This document shows, one piece after another, positions 9,773 through 19,661 of a stretch of DNA of 64,000 nucleotides. Within the stretch, counting starts at the first letter, position 1, and each line of letters opens with the position of its first letter. The notes under the pieces were generated by a model that searched no databases, was not told the DNA's origin, and was given only the letters and a program-made list of their open reading frames with translations. The stretch comes from an uncultured bacterium (GTDB lineage: Bacteria; Babelota; Babeliae; Babelales; Babelaceae). The stretch is from positions 1,440,001 to 1,504,000 of the forward strand of contig CAWFXL010000001.1 in assembly GCA_963819815.1 (NCBI GenBank), written 5' to 3'. Made by a program: the position numbers and the translations under genes.

Positions 9773-9982
9773 TTACTGCGGACCTTGTGAGGAAAGCCGT
9801 ATCCAGTTTTGTTTGATTGCGCGAAGCAATTTCTTGCGGCGCTTTTGGGTAGGTGGTTCATAATAGACTATACGCTTCATATCGCGTACAACGCCTTCGC
9901 GTTCGATTTTTTTCTTGAGCTGTTTTAAGGCGCGTTCCACGTTATCGTGAACGCTTATTGAGATGTTTGTTTTTTTTGCCAT
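9773..9982 (-). CDS. rpsU: 30S ribosomal protein S21
   Basis: NVERALKQLKKKIEREGVVRDMKR..YYEPPT.KRR. Confidence 0.95.
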   Translation of the reverse strand: MAKKTNISISVHDNVERALKQLKKKIEREGVVRDMKRIVYYEPPTQKRRKKLLRAIKQNWIRLSSQGPQ

Positions 9983-10047
9983 AACAAATTTGATCCTTTC
10001 AAGTTCTTATTAGTATACGCGGATATTTCTTACTTGTCCACCGTTGC

Positions 10048-11652
10048 TCAATAGACGAAGGTTACTGTGCCCATGACCATCCCTGATCGATAGGCATTAC
10101 GTTGCTTAGCAGGAGCTTGCCAGAGTAACCCGATGGAGAGACAATCAAAGAGATCATAGTTGAACCCCACATTGACTAGATGCACTTCCCATTTGCTTGC
10201 ACATTCAGCACGTTCAATCTGAAAGCCACTCTCAAAATAGCGAGAATTTTGAGGAATAAATGAACGACATACTTTGATCTTATCAGGAGTATGAGAAACA
10301 ATCGCATATTCAATCCAGACAGAGAGATTGTCTAAAAAGTGATAGGCGTTCATACCGAAATTAAAGTTCCAGGTGGGACCTGGTCGAATAGTGACGTCAG
10401 CTGAGTAGGGGAATATACCACTTTCCTTTGAATTGGTTGGCAAACCGAGGTTACAATATTCGCGCTCAAAAAAGTATGAAAATCCTCCTACCGCGTAGAT
10501 ATCGATCGTATCAAGAAAATCAATGGTACAACCTGCACGGCCGCCTACAAAGGTATGGCGATTATTGCCATTGGGGAGCGCAAAGATCTCACGGTTATCA
10601 ATCTCTTTCATCATAGGGATACCGACCCCTACTTGGGCAAAAGGCATAAAGACGACTCGCGGATAGCGCTCATTATCTTCATTGATAACAAAAAGCTGGC
10701 GCCAATACATACTGAGTCGAAGGTCATCCATTCCAACCTTATGATAGTTACAGTCGTCAAGGCCAAGAACATGAAGCATCCTACTTCTTTGGCTCATGAT
10801 ATTGTTAATTACATATTGTTTACAGTCTGATGGAAATCCAAAATTAAGCGTTGTGTCGCACACAGGCTGGAAGGGCTGTAGGGGGATAACGCAGGCCGCT
10901 TGACCATCAGGATTGCAGGCAATTTGTGGGCAGGGCGGTACTTCAGATGGATCAACAAAAGGTGGCGCAATTGCAATAGGTTCTGCAGGATTTGGTTTTG
11001 GACAACTTGGCGGAGCTGCGGTTACACCTTGCGGAGTGGTTGCTGTTGGACAGGCCGTTCCTAATGCTTGACAGGTCATATCGTTAAAGTTTAGGACCGT
11101 TTGGCGAATATCATTTATGCCCCATTGGGCCATGATTCCTACGGCATAGAAGCAGCGATCGATTAAGAGAAGCTCGCTTTCAAATCGAACGCCATACTTT
11201 CTATACAAAAGAGGGATAGAAAAAAAGCCAAATTCTTGTCGTGGATCGGAATACCGAGGCTTCGTTAAGAATGGGACACAGTCTGCATTGGGCGTTGGCA
11301 ACTCAAGTGCCTGCGTAAGCACATTGTTCATTATAGGATCATAGAAGAAAGCCAGCATATTCCAGCGGCCGTTTATATCTCCCGGATAGATCGTTTGCCG
11401 CTCTTGGTCTTTAGCACGGTTAGCATACTGGCGGTAAGCACTCACGCTTACTCGAAATCGTGCAGGAGCATAGGTATAGTCATAGCGCATGAGATTTGCT
11501 TTTTGCCGAGTGGCAAGGAAGTCATTAGGAAAGACGGTGCTAAAGAGCGGCAATGGATCATTTTGGGTCAAATTTGGAAACATGCCACATAGGGAAGTCT
11601 CTGCGCTTACAAGCGCAAGAAGTAAGCCTAATAAACGTCCCTTGGGTGCCAT
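10048..11652 (-). CDS. Exported protein, probable outer-membrane beta-barrel with a Cys/Pro-rich loop
   Basis: Signal peptide, alternating amphipathic strands, and a C-terminal aromatic beta-signal (GTVTFVY). Confidence 0.55.
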   Translation of the reverse strand: MAPKGRLLGLLLALVSAETSLCGMFPNLTQNDPLPLFSTVFPNDFLATRQKANLMRYDYTYAPARFRVSVSAYRQYANRAKDQERQTIYPGDINGRWNMLAFFYDPIMNNVLTQALELPTPNADCVPFLTKPRYSDPRQEFGFFSIPLLYRKYGVRFESELLLIDRCFYAVGIMAQWGINDIRQTVLNFNDMTCQALGTACPTATTPQGVTAAPPSCPKPNPAEPIAIAPPFVDPSEVPPCPQIACNPDGQAACVIPLQPFQPVCDTTLNFGFPSDCKQYVINNIMSQRSRMLHVLGLDDCNYHKVGMDDLRLSMYWRQLFVINEDNERYPRVVFMPFAQVGVGIPMMKEIDNREIFALPNGNNRHTFVGGRAGCTIDFLDTIDIYAVGGFSYFFEREYCNLGLPTNSKESGIFPYSADVTIRPGPTWNFNFGMNAYHFLDNLSVWIEYAIVSHTPDKIKVCRSFIPQNSRYFESGFQIERAECASKWEVHLVNVGFNYDLFDCLSIGLLWQAPAKQRNAYRSGMVMGTVTFVY

Positions 11653-11943
11653 ATATGATCCTTTCTCTTCTTTGAGACAATCTCACGCGAGTGGATGGTA
11701 ATCTAGTTTTTTTACGAATAACAGCTACATATATAGCATGTGTAGCAATTTGCGTCAACTTTATGATGGTTGCGCAAGGTGCTGCATTAGGAAATATCAT
11801 GCTCTCTCTAAATGGGGTGGGCTGGGTGATATTTGGTTGAAAACGCACATACGTATCTTTCTGAGGGGAAATCTCAAAATCAAGACAAAAAAAGGTTAAA
11901 AAAAAAGTTGCTTATGATAGAATAATGATAGAGAAAGGAATCT

Positions 11944-12198
11944 ATGTCTTATTGTTCTTACTATCGAGCACGAGTTGTTGAGAAGGACTGTTGGTTCTTA
12001 GTTGCTATAATGCGCAGCTTTGAACATCTTGCCTTTGATCGCACCTTTGACAAAGGCACGAGTACCTTTGAATTCTTTGTACCACAGGATCTTGAGCAAA
12101 CATTCTTGGAGCTCATGGAATTCTTTAAGGCGGAAGGGATTGTACAAGAATTATGCTCACTCCCTAATAGATTACTCGATCCCCAGGCAGTTATTTAA
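11944..12198 (+). CDS. Small conserved protein, DUF4911-like
   Basis: AGGA RBS; RSFEHLAFDRTFD..FEFFVP motif resembles DUF4911 from memory. Confidence 0.55.
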   Translation: MSYCSYYRARVVEKDCWFLVAIMRSFEHLAFDRTFDKGTSTFEFFVPQDLEQTFLELMEFFKAEGIVQELCSLPNRLLDPQAVI

Positions 12199-13621
12199 CA
12201 AGATTCTCTAAGCGTACTTTTATTTCCTCGGGTGCGAGCATGCCAAGTAGGTCATGAATTGCAGGACCCTGTGCAGATCCGGTGAGCGCAATACGCACAA
12301 GAGAATAGATGTCTTTAACCGCAAATGAATGTTCTTTGCAGAGAGCTTTCAAAGCGAGGGCTCCGGTTTCTGGGCTGCCGGAGGCAATTTGAGGAATTAC
12401 CTTTTTCAATGCTTCCTTTGAATTGGAAAGCTTATAGGTTTCAAGAAGAGTTGTATCTAATGTTGGTCGCTCTGCAATAAACGTTAAAAGATCAGCACTT
12501 TGTTTGAGTGTTACCAGTTCTTCTTTGATCGGTAAAATTAAAGCTTTGATTTTTTCGTGGTCCCAGGAGCTGAGCATAGGAAGCTTTTTGTCAATGAAGG
12601 GACGACAGAGTTCAACGAGTTTATCAAGATCGTACCCCTTAATCCACTGGTGATTTACCCAACGAAGTTTTTCAACATCATATTTTATTTGACCCGTTGC
12701 AGACAGATGATCAAAATTATAACTATCGATCATCTCTTGTGCGCTCATAATTTCTTTTGGGACCGAATGTCCTATGATAGCAAGATAATTAGTGATAGCT
12801 TCCGGTAAGAAACCTGCCTCCTGAAGATCAGTTAGAGAAAATCCGAAGTCCCGTTTTGAGAGTTTCTTACCCTCGACATTACCAAGGATAGGTAGATGAC
12901 AAAATACGGGAACTTCTTCCTCAAAAACCTCATATAAGGCAACCTGAACCGCTGTGTTCGTTAAATGATCTTCACCGCGAAATACATGGGTGATCTTCAT
13001 AGCAACATCATCAACGAAGTTTGCAAATAAGAAGGTAAAGCTTCCATCTTGCCGAGTAAGAGGAACGTCAGAAAAATGCTTCAGTTCAAAGTGCATCGTC
13101 TTATGTGCTAAATCATAGAAGGTTACTGTTTTGGCATGGTCCAAGATGAAACGCCAAATAAAAGGCATGTCTCGTTCAAAACGAGCCTTGACCTCTTCTT
13201 TTGGTAGGGTAAGGCATGCACGGTCATACCGAGGCGGCTGCTTGAGGGCAAGCTGCCGTTGGCGCTTTTTCTCAAGCTCTTCGGTAGTGCAAAAGCACGG
13301 ATATATCGCATTTTTTTCTTTGAGTGTATTAAGCGCTTCAGTGTAGAGTGCCGTACGCTTCGATTGGAAATAGGGAGCATAGGGACCACTTTTTTCTGGA
13401 CCTTCATCAAAGGAGAGCTTCAACCACGCAAGGTCACTCAGGATACGAGTTGCATGTGGATCAACATTTCGTTCTGGGTCAGTATCTTCTATGCGAATAA
13501 TAAAAATGCCATCTTTTTGTCGTGCAAATAGGTAATTTATCAGAGCTGTGCGAACACTTCCTAAGTGCATAAAGCCAGTAGGTGAAGGGGCAAATCGTAC
13601 ACGAATGTTTGAGGTCTTCAT
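12191..13621 (-). CDS. gltX: Glutamate--tRNA ligase
   Basis: RVRFAPSPTGFMHLG (HIGH), RIEDTD, RGEDH and KLSKR (KMSKS) motifs. Confidence 0.96.
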   Translation of the reverse strand: MKTSNIRVRFAPSPTGFMHLGSVRTALINYLFARQKDGIFIIRIEDTDPERNVDPHATRILSDLAWLKLSFDEGPEKSGPYAPYFQSKRTALYTEALNTLKEKNAIYPCFCTTEELEKKRQRQLALKQPPRYDRACLTLPKEEVKARFERDMPFIWRFILDHAKTVTFYDLAHKTMHFELKHFSDVPLTRQDGSFTFLFANFVDDVAMKITHVFRGEDHLTNTAVQVALYEVFEEEVPVFCHLPILGNVEGKKLSKRDFGFSLTDLQEAGFLPEAITNYLAIIGHSVPKEIMSAQEMIDSYNFDHLSATGQIKYDVEKLRWVNHQWIKGYDLDKLVELCRPFIDKKLPMLSSWDHEKIKALILPIKEELVTLKQSADLLTFIAERPTLDTTLLETYKLSNSKEALKKVIPQIASGSPETGALALKALCKEHSFAVKDIYSLVRIALTGSAQGPAIHDLLGMLAPEEIKVRLENLVK

Positions 13622-13769
13622 AGGCGTAGTCTTGATATCTCGATGTGATTGTGGGACTTTTCATGAGTATACCATAAGCTTTTTTGAATGTTTACCTTTT
13701 GAAAGACTCTTTCAAAAGTCTTGTGTGGAATACTTAGTATGTGGTATCAACAGAGGTGAAGTTTGCCAT

Positions 13770-13798
13770 TTGACGAATATGAGGAGGTACACTATCAT
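13770..13798 (+). promoter_or_regulatory. Putative sigma70 promoter of array gene 1
   Basis: TTGACG-N17-TATCAT; the same arrangement recurs at 14556-14584. Confidence 0.5.
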
Positions 13799-13866
13799 GA
13801 GTGCGTGCTGCTAAACAATAGTAAGTGAGTACTTTTGAGAGTATCCCTTACAAGAAAGGATTATGC

Positions 13867-14502
13867 GTGAAACATTCATTTAATCTGATCGTTCTAGTAA
13901 GTATGATAAGCCTAACCCCTTTGGTTACTGCTAAGACTATACTTGAGCAGCTTGAAACTGCAGTCAGCGAAGGAAATCTTCTGGAGGTAAAGTCATGCCT
14001 TCGTAAGCTCGATAGACAACCGATGACCCCCCAGGAGAAAAAGAGCACTTTTTCCGATCTGCTTGGGGTGAGTGAAGATACTCTCGAATTAGAGAAGACT
14101 AGCGACGGATTTTTAGGTGACAAGTGTGATATTGCTCGCTGTATAGCGGGTGCTCTTGTCGGTGTGTATGGTTTGTCTCAAGTTGTGCATAACTGGCATA
14201 CAATTAAAACAGGTACGTGTACCTATTGTAAGCGCATTGAGTGCAATGAGAGATGTAAATGCAAATCTTGTCTTACAGCACGTGCTAGATGTGGATGCAT
14301 GCCAAAAAAATTTACTCAAGTCGCCGGTTCATCCTCTAGACTGATGTATGGCTTGAGTGGTCTTCCGTATATAGGATTAGCATTGGCCGGCTTTTATCAA
14401 GTATTTCAAGGTTTGAGGGGAGCAAGTCGTGAATCAAAAATCAAGTCAGCTCAAAGTATCCAAGAGTTATTGAAAGAAAGAGTAGGTCGGCAGCGGCCCT
14501 AA
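13867..14502 (+). CDS. Array paralog 1: signal peptide, helical domain, hydrophobic hairpin with a Cys-rich loop
   Basis: GTG start after GAAAGGA; EQLETAVSEGNLLEVKSCL family motif; loop CTYCKRIECNERCKCKSC..CGC. Confidence 0.8.
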   Translation: MKHSFNLIVLVSMISLTPLVTAKTILEQLETAVSEGNLLEVKSCLRKLDRQPMTPQEKKSTFSDLLGVSEDTLELEKTSDGFLGDKCDIARCIAGALVGVYGLSQVVHNWHTIKTGTCTYCKRIECNERCKCKSCLTARARCGCMPKKFTQVAGSSSRLMYGLSGLPYIGLALAGFYQVFQGLRGASRESKIKSAQSIQELLKERVGRQRP

Positions 14503-14555
14503 GTTAGTGTATTTCATGGGTTTGCCATGCTAATGAGTGTTGAGATGATGACCAT

Positions 14556-14584
14556 TTGACTGCAAAGTAAGGTCATCGTATCAT
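14556..14584 (+). promoter_or_regulatory. Putative sigma70 promoter of array gene 2
   Basis: TTGACT-N17-TATCAT with the same CCATTTGAC...TATCATGA context as 13770. Confidence 0.5.
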
Positions 14585-14619
14585 GAAAATGAGCATGATG
14601 GCTTGATGGAGAATAAAAA

Positions 14620-15183
14620 ATGATGAATTATGTACTAAAAGCAGTATCTCTTCTGTTGATCTCTGTTCCTCTGCTCGCTGTTGAGCATGATTACCAGGAA
14701 CAGCTTGAAGCTGCAATTGTGCAAACAAATGCGCCTAAAGTGGCCCGTTTACTTAAGCGCCGTACGAGAACCTCGGTGAAGAACTTTAATCATATGCTCG
14801 GTTGGGCGAATGATATTATTGAAGAGCGACGTATGCTAGAATCAACTTCAGGTGAAGCAACGTGGGCAGTGGTTGCATCCATACTAGGTTTAGCTGCTGG
14901 TAGTCTTGGACTGTATTACTATTTTGATGGACGAGGTTTTCGGACTGATGTAAGGGCTTCTATTCTGGGAGCAGAGAAAGGCTTTTTTACCATGCTAGGG
15001 ATTGCGGGCCTTGCCGGCGCGTATGGTCTCTATAAGTACTGGTCGGGACCTCGATATCGTCTAGCAAAAGCATATGATATTCTTTTTTCTCTTGAAGATG
15101 CTGTTGATGCACTTGAAAAGAAGAAAAAGCTTCGCTCTCAATTTGAGAAACTTCGCGGAAAGATGCTTAAGGAGGCTCAATGA
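14620..15183 (+). CDS. Array paralog 2
   Basis: Signal peptide, EQLEAAIVQTNAPKVARLL, two Gly-rich hydrophobic segments. Confidence 0.8.
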   Translation: MMNYVLKAVSLLLISVPLLAVEHDYQEQLEAAIVQTNAPKVARLLKRRTRTSVKNFNHMLGWANDIIEERRMLESTSGEATWAVVASILGLAAGSLGLYYYFDGRGFRTDVRASILGAEKGFFTMLGIAGLAGAYGLYKYWSGPRYRLAKAYDILFSLEDAVDALEKKKKLRSQFEKLRGKMLKEAQ

Positions 15184-15737
15184 AACTTCTATGGATTGCA
15201 ATCAGTATCAGTTTTCTAGTACCATTGTATGGGAAAAGTACTCTTGAAGAGCGCATGATTAATGCTATAGCTCAGACCGATTTTCCTCTACTGCGAAAGC
15301 TTATGAAAAGATTTGATCGAGAGTATTTGAGCAAAGAAGATAGAGTGAAATCATTACAGCTGATCAGAGCTGCCTGTATGGATGTGGTAAAAGCTACTAA
15401 AGATTCTTCTCTTGTAACAAGTAAGCATGATCTTATGAAGTCACTTGTAGGAGGCGTAGCGGGTGTTTGGGGCTTGTCGCATCTTATCTCTAATGGAGAA
15501 TTGATGCAGGATCCTTCGAAAGCTAACGACCAATCATGGTTATTTGCTAAAGCCATAGGATCGGGTGTGACCGTGCTATCAGGTGGTTATTGGTTGATCC
15601 AGGGCTTAGTAAAAGCTTCACAGCAGCAGCGGCATGAAACTGCTTGCAAAATAGATGAATATCTTGAAAGTTGCATTAAAGAGGTTGAGTTACCAAGTAA
15701 AGAGTTATTTGTAACAACCTGGAACAGGTACGCTTGA
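15180..15737 (+). CDS. Array paralog 3
   Basis: Signal peptide, ERMINAIAQTDFPLLRKLM, GYWLIQGL..SQQ..A.KIDEYL. Confidence 0.8.
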   Translation: MKLLWIAISISFLVPLYGKSTLEERMINAIAQTDFPLLRKLMKRFDREYLSKEDRVKSLQLIRAACMDVVKATKDSSLVTSKHDLMKSLVGGVAGVWGLSHLISNGELMQDPSKANDQSWLFAKAIGSGVTVLSGGYWLIQGLVKASQQQRHETACKIDEYLESCIKEVELPSKELFVTTWNRYA

Positions 15738-15765
15738 CCGGATGCACGTGTATTAGGGTAATTGT

Positions 15766-16329
15766 ATGAATAAGGTGTATGAAATAGTTTTAATGAGTCT
15801 CATATCTATGAGTACTTGTATGCAGGCGGATCAGGAGTATAAGCTTGATCAAATAACAGCTGCTATTAAAGATTCCGACCTTGCTCGTGTGAAAACACAA
15901 TGGAGAAGAATTGATAGCATCTTTGAATCTTCCGAAGAAAAGAAGGAGATCCTAAAAACTCTTGTAGATACTGCAGCTCAAGTAGCCGATGAATCAAAAG
16001 TGAGACCAGTGGCCGGTGGAAAAAATTATAAGAAAATAGCAGGTGGTGTGCTTACAATCGCTGGCGCCTCGGGCGTAGCTGCCTATTATATGCCTTTACA
16101 TAGGTTGTTTTATGGCGCGACGCACAATGAACAGATTAAAGGATGGGCCATTTTCGTTGGGTTGGCTGCGGTTTCAATCGCTGGAGGTAGGCTTAGCAGA
16201 AATGGAATGGGATGGGAAGCCCAAGATCCGATAGCCAATCGTGGCCGTTCAAAGGCTACAGTTATTTTGGCATATCTTGAAGATCAACTGCATGATATAT
16301 TGAATGAAAACATTAAGTTGCAAAAGTAG
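15766..16329 (+). CDS. Array paralog 4
   Basis: Signal peptide, DQITAAIKDSDLARVK; close pair of paralog 5. Confidence 0.82.
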   Translation: MNKVYEIVLMSLISMSTCMQADQEYKLDQITAAIKDSDLARVKTQWRRIDSIFESSEEKKEILKTLVDTAAQVADESKVRPVAGGKNYKKIAGGVLTIAGASGVAAYYMPLHRLFYGATHNEQIKGWAIFVGLAAVSIAGGRLSRNGMGWEAQDPIANRGRSKATVILAYLEDQLHDILNENIKLQK

Positions 16330-16337
16330 CGGATAGC

Positions 16338-16394
16338 ATGAAAAATCTTATATATGTAGCTACCCAATGTTATGCAGAGATAGATAGAGGTTAA
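16338..16394 (+). pseudogene. 5' remnant of an array paralog of the 6-9 subtype
   Basis: MKNLIYVATQCYAEIDRG* matches MKKLMYVATLALATQCYAEI minus 15 bp lost between TAGCTAC microhomologies. Confidence 0.75.
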
Positions 16395-16398
16395 TTTT

Positions 16399-16941
16399 AT
16401 GAATAAGGCATATGGAATAATTTTAACGAGCCTTACTGTTATTAGTATCAGCATGCAGGCAAAGCAAGAATATGAGCTTGATCCGATAACAGCTGCTATT
16501 AAATGGTCTAATATAGCTCTGGTAAAAACAGAATGGAGAAGACTTGATAGTTCTATTGAGTCTTCAGAAGATAAGAAAGCTGTACTAAATACTCTTATAG
16601 ATATAGCAGCTCAGATAGCTGATAAGGCGGAAATCCCCTCAGTGGCTCCTAGCTGCAAAAGAAACTATTGGGCAGCGGTAGGGGGTATCCTCTTGAGCTC
16701 TTTTGGTAGTGGTATTTTTTTTGTTGGATTAGGGTATCATGGGCGAAATGAACATGCTGAATTGGCCTATTACCTTGTTGGGGGGGTCCCTTGGCAGAAA
16801 GGACTTAGGCTCATAGAAATTGGAGCAGGATGTGATGAAAATATCCAAGCGCCGACGGCCAATTGTGGCCGTTCGAAGGCTACAGTTATTTTGGCATACC
16901 TTGAAGATCTATTGCGGGATGTATCGAATAAAAAATCGTGA
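16399..16941 (+). CDS. Array paralog 5
   Basis: Shares N-terminus and GRSKATVILAYLED with paralog 4; the central segment differs. Confidence 0.82.
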   Translation: MNKAYGIILTSLTVISISMQAKQEYELDPITAAIKWSNIALVKTEWRRLDSSIESSEDKKAVLNTLIDIAAQIADKAEIPSVAPSCKRNYWAAVGGILLSSFGSGIFFVGLGYHGRNEHAELAYYLVGGVPWQKGLRLIEIGAGCDENIQAPTANCGRSKATVILAYLEDLLRDVSNKKS

Positions 16942-16963
16942 ATAGAGAAAGTGAGCACTCAAT

Positions 16964-17452
16964 ATGAAAAAACTCATGTATGTAGCTACGTTAGCTCTAG
17001 CTACCCAATGTTATGCAGAGATACATACGGAAAAGATAGAAGAAGCCATTGAGCAATCTTCACTTCCCCGAGTTAAATCTCTTCTTGGTAAAGTAGAACG
17101 TGGGGAAATGACTGCTAAAGCACGTAAAAAATTGTATATGAATTTTTATGATTTAGCTGTTGAAACTACCGAGAACCGTACGCAAAATCTCTCAATGGTG
17201 GGAAACTGGCGTGACATGCTAAGGACTGGACTAGGGGTAACAGGCCTACTTCTTAGTGGGCTTACAATGAGTTTCGGGACAGATCAGGGTGATGATATGC
17301 CTCGGTGGTTAGGCTTTGGTGTGCTTGGCGTATATTTCTTGTATAGAGGCATTGCGTGTAGTGCTCAAAAGGCCGAAATAGCCTCAGCAAAAAGCGTTGA
17401 AAAATATATTAAAGGGAAGCTTACTAAACTAGATGTGAGCTCTGATCTCTGA
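16964..17452 (+). CDS. Array paralog 6
   Basis: MKKLMYVATLALATQCYA signal, EKIEEAIEQSSLPRVKSLL, GNWRD and CSAQK. Confidence 0.85.
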   Translation: MKKLMYVATLALATQCYAEIHTEKIEEAIEQSSLPRVKSLLGKVERGEMTAKARKKLYMNFYDLAVETTENRTQNLSMVGNWRDMLRTGLGVTGLLLSGLTMSFGTDQGDDMPRWLGFGVLGVYFLYRGIACSAQKAEIASAKSVEKYIKGKLTKLDVSSDL

Positions 17453-17477
17453 TAATCAACTAGAAAGGAATGCAATT

Positions 17478-18014
17478 ATGAAAAAACTCATGTATGTAGC
17501 TACGTTAGCTCTAGCTACCCAATGTTATGCAGAGATAAATACGGAAAAGATAGAAGAAGCCATTGAGCAATCTTCACTTCCCCGAGTTAAATCTCTTCTT
17601 GGCAGAGCAGATCTTGAGGAAATGACTGCCAAAGCACGTAAAAAATTGTATAGGGACTTCTATGATTTAGCGGTTGAAACTACCGAGAACCGTACGCAAA
17701 ATGTTTCAATCGTGGGAAACTGGCGCGACATACTTAAGACTGGTTCAGGGGTAGCAGCTCTTGTTCTAAGTGGGTTTGCAGGCTTAGGGAGTCTTGATAC
17801 AGATAATCAGGGTAGAATTACTGGTTTTAACAAGCTATGGCTCGGATCGTTAGGTCTTGGTGTGGCTAGCGTATATCTTTTGTATAAAGGTATCACGTGT
17901 AGTGCTCAGAAGGCTGAGGTAGCGGTAGCAAAAAGCATTGAAAAGTATATTAAGTCGAAGCTTAATAACTCCCATGCAAATGATGAGCTTGATGATAAAG
18001 AAGAAGGAAAATAA
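17478..18014 (+). CDS. Array paralog 7
   Basis: Near-identical to paralog 8 at DNA level. Confidence 0.85.
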   Translation: MKKLMYVATLALATQCYAEINTEKIEEAIEQSSLPRVKSLLGRADLEEMTAKARKKLYRDFYDLAVETTENRTQNVSIVGNWRDILKTGSGVAALVLSGFAGLGSLDTDNQGRITGFNKLWLGSLGLGVASVYLLYKGITCSAQKAEVAVAKSIEKYIKSKLNNSHANDELDDKEEGK

Positions 18015-18016
18015 GT

Positions 18017-18556
18017 ATGAAGAATCTTATGTATGTAGCGGCGTTAGCTCTAGTTACCCAATGTTATGCAGAGATAAATACAGAAAAGATAGAAGAAGCC
18101 ATTGAGCAATCTTCACTTTCCCGAGTTAAAGCTCTTCTTGGCAGGGCAGATCTTGAGGAAATGACCGTGAAGGCACGTAAGAAATTGTATAGAGACTTCT
18201 ATGATTTAGCTGTTGAAACTACGGAGAACCGTACGCAAAATGTTTCAATGGTGGGAAACTGGCGTGACATGCTCAAGACTGGCTCAGGGGTAGCAGCTCT
18301 TCTTCTAAGTGGGTTTGCAGGCTTATTCAGTCTTGATACAGATGATCAGGGTAGATTTACTGGTTTTGATAGGCGATGGCTATTCGGATCGGTAGGTCTT
18401 GGTGTAACTAGCGTATATCTTTTGTATAAAGGTATCACGTGTAGTGCTCAGAAGGCTGAGGTAGCGGTAGCAAAAAGCATTGAAAAGTATATTAAGTCGA
18501 AGCTGAATAATTCCCCTGCGAATGACGAGCTTGATGATAACGAAGAAGGAAAATAG
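18017..18556 (+). CDS. Array paralog 8
   Basis: Near-identical to paralog 7 (539-bp offset). Confidence 0.85.
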   Translation: MKNLMYVAALALVTQCYAEINTEKIEEAIEQSSLSRVKALLGRADLEEMTVKARKKLYRDFYDLAVETTENRTQNVSMVGNWRDMLKTGSGVAALLLSGFAGLFSLDTDDQGRFTGFDRRWLFGSVGLGVTSVYLLYKGITCSAQKAEVAVAKSIEKYIKSKLNNSPANDELDDNEEGK

Positions 18557-18558
18557 TT

Positions 18559-19074
18559 ATGAAAAATCTTATGTATGTAGCGGCGTTAGCTCTAGCTACC
18601 CAATGTTATGCAGAAACAAATTCGGAAAAGATAGAAGAAGCCATTGAGCAATCTTCACTTCCCCGAGTTAAATCTCTTATGCGGGAAGCAGACAGCAATG
18701 AAATGACTGTCCAAGCACGTAAAAAGATGTATAAGAATTTTTACGATATGGCTGTTGAAACTACCGAGAACCTTACGCAGAATCTCTCAATAACGGGAAA
18801 TTGGCGTGATATGACAAAGGTCGGCTTAGGTGCAGCATCACTTCTTCTTGGTGGACTTCTAGCCTTAAGGAGTAGACATAGGGATAATGCCCATAGGGTG
18901 CATTATAATAGGCCTTCTCTCCTAGGATCGGCCGGTTTTTTGGGGTTTGGCGCATATCTTCTGTATCAAGGTGTCAAGTGTAGCTCTCAGAAGGCTTCTA
19001 TAGCGGTAGCAAAAAGTATTGAAAAATTTATGAAAAAGAAACTCACTAATCTGGATGTTGCTTCCGATCTTTGA
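18559..19074 (+). CDS. Array paralog 9
   Basis: Same scaffold; basic loop RSRHRDNAHRVHYNR. Confidence 0.85.
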   Translation: MKNLMYVAALALATQCYAETNSEKIEEAIEQSSLPRVKSLMREADSNEMTVQARKKMYKNFYDMAVETTENLTQNLSITGNWRDMTKVGLGAASLLLGGLLALRSRHRDNAHRVHYNRPSLLGSAGFLGFGAYLLYQGVKCSSQKASIAVAKSIEKFMKKKLTNLDVASDL

Positions 19075-19104
19075 CAGCAAAGAAAGGAAAATAGAGGAAG
19101 AAAT

Positions 19105-19650
19105 ATGAAAAGACTTAGGGTTATAGGTGCTTTGGCTCTTACTACGCAAGGTTGCTTAGCAGTAGATATCGAAAGAATAGAAGATGCTATTAAGCAATCT
19201 TCACGTACCCAGGTTGAATCGCTTTTGAGTGAAATTGACCATGAAGAGATGACTCCAGAAGTACGTAAAGAGATGTATACGAATTTTTATGACTTAGCGA
19301 TAAAGACTACTGAGAGTCGCACTCAAAATCTCTCAATAGGGGGAAGTCGGTATGATCTGCTTAAGACTAGTTCGGGTATCGCCTTAGGTCTTCTTGCTGG
19401 GTTGAAGTTTTACGAGAGTTTTGGTAATCGCAATACCCGACTGCTGTACTCTGGTTTTCTAAGGGCCGGGTTCATCTTCAGGGTCGGAGATTGGGCACGT
19501 GTATTATCGTGCGGCTTTGGGATTCCAGCTCTCTATCTCTTATATAAGGGCATTACCTGCAGCACTCAGAAGGCAGAAATAGCCTCAGCAAAAACGATTG
19601 AAGAGCTTATTAAGGCGAAACTTAACGGGCTAGAGCCTGATCTTAAGTAG
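19105..19650 (+). CDS. Array paralog 10
   Basis: ERIEDAIKQSS, RTQNLSIGG and YLLYKGITCSTQK. Confidence 0.85.
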   Translation: MKRLRVIGALALTTQGCLAVDIERIEDAIKQSSRTQVESLLSEIDHEEMTPEVRKEMYTNFYDLAIKTTESRTQNLSIGGSRYDLLKTSSGIALGLLAGLKFYESFGNRNTRLLYSGFLRAGFIFRVGDWARVLSCGFGIPALYLLYKGITCSTQKAEIASAKTIEELIKAKLNGLEPDLK

Positions 19651-19661
19651 GGAAGATTGAT

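Noticed and set aside
16964..19074. Direct repeats with ~510-540 bp period as CRISPR or a DGR template/variable pair
   Set aside because: The repeats are whole paralogous genes. No cas or reverse transcriptase gene is present in the window, and the differences are not adenine-specific.
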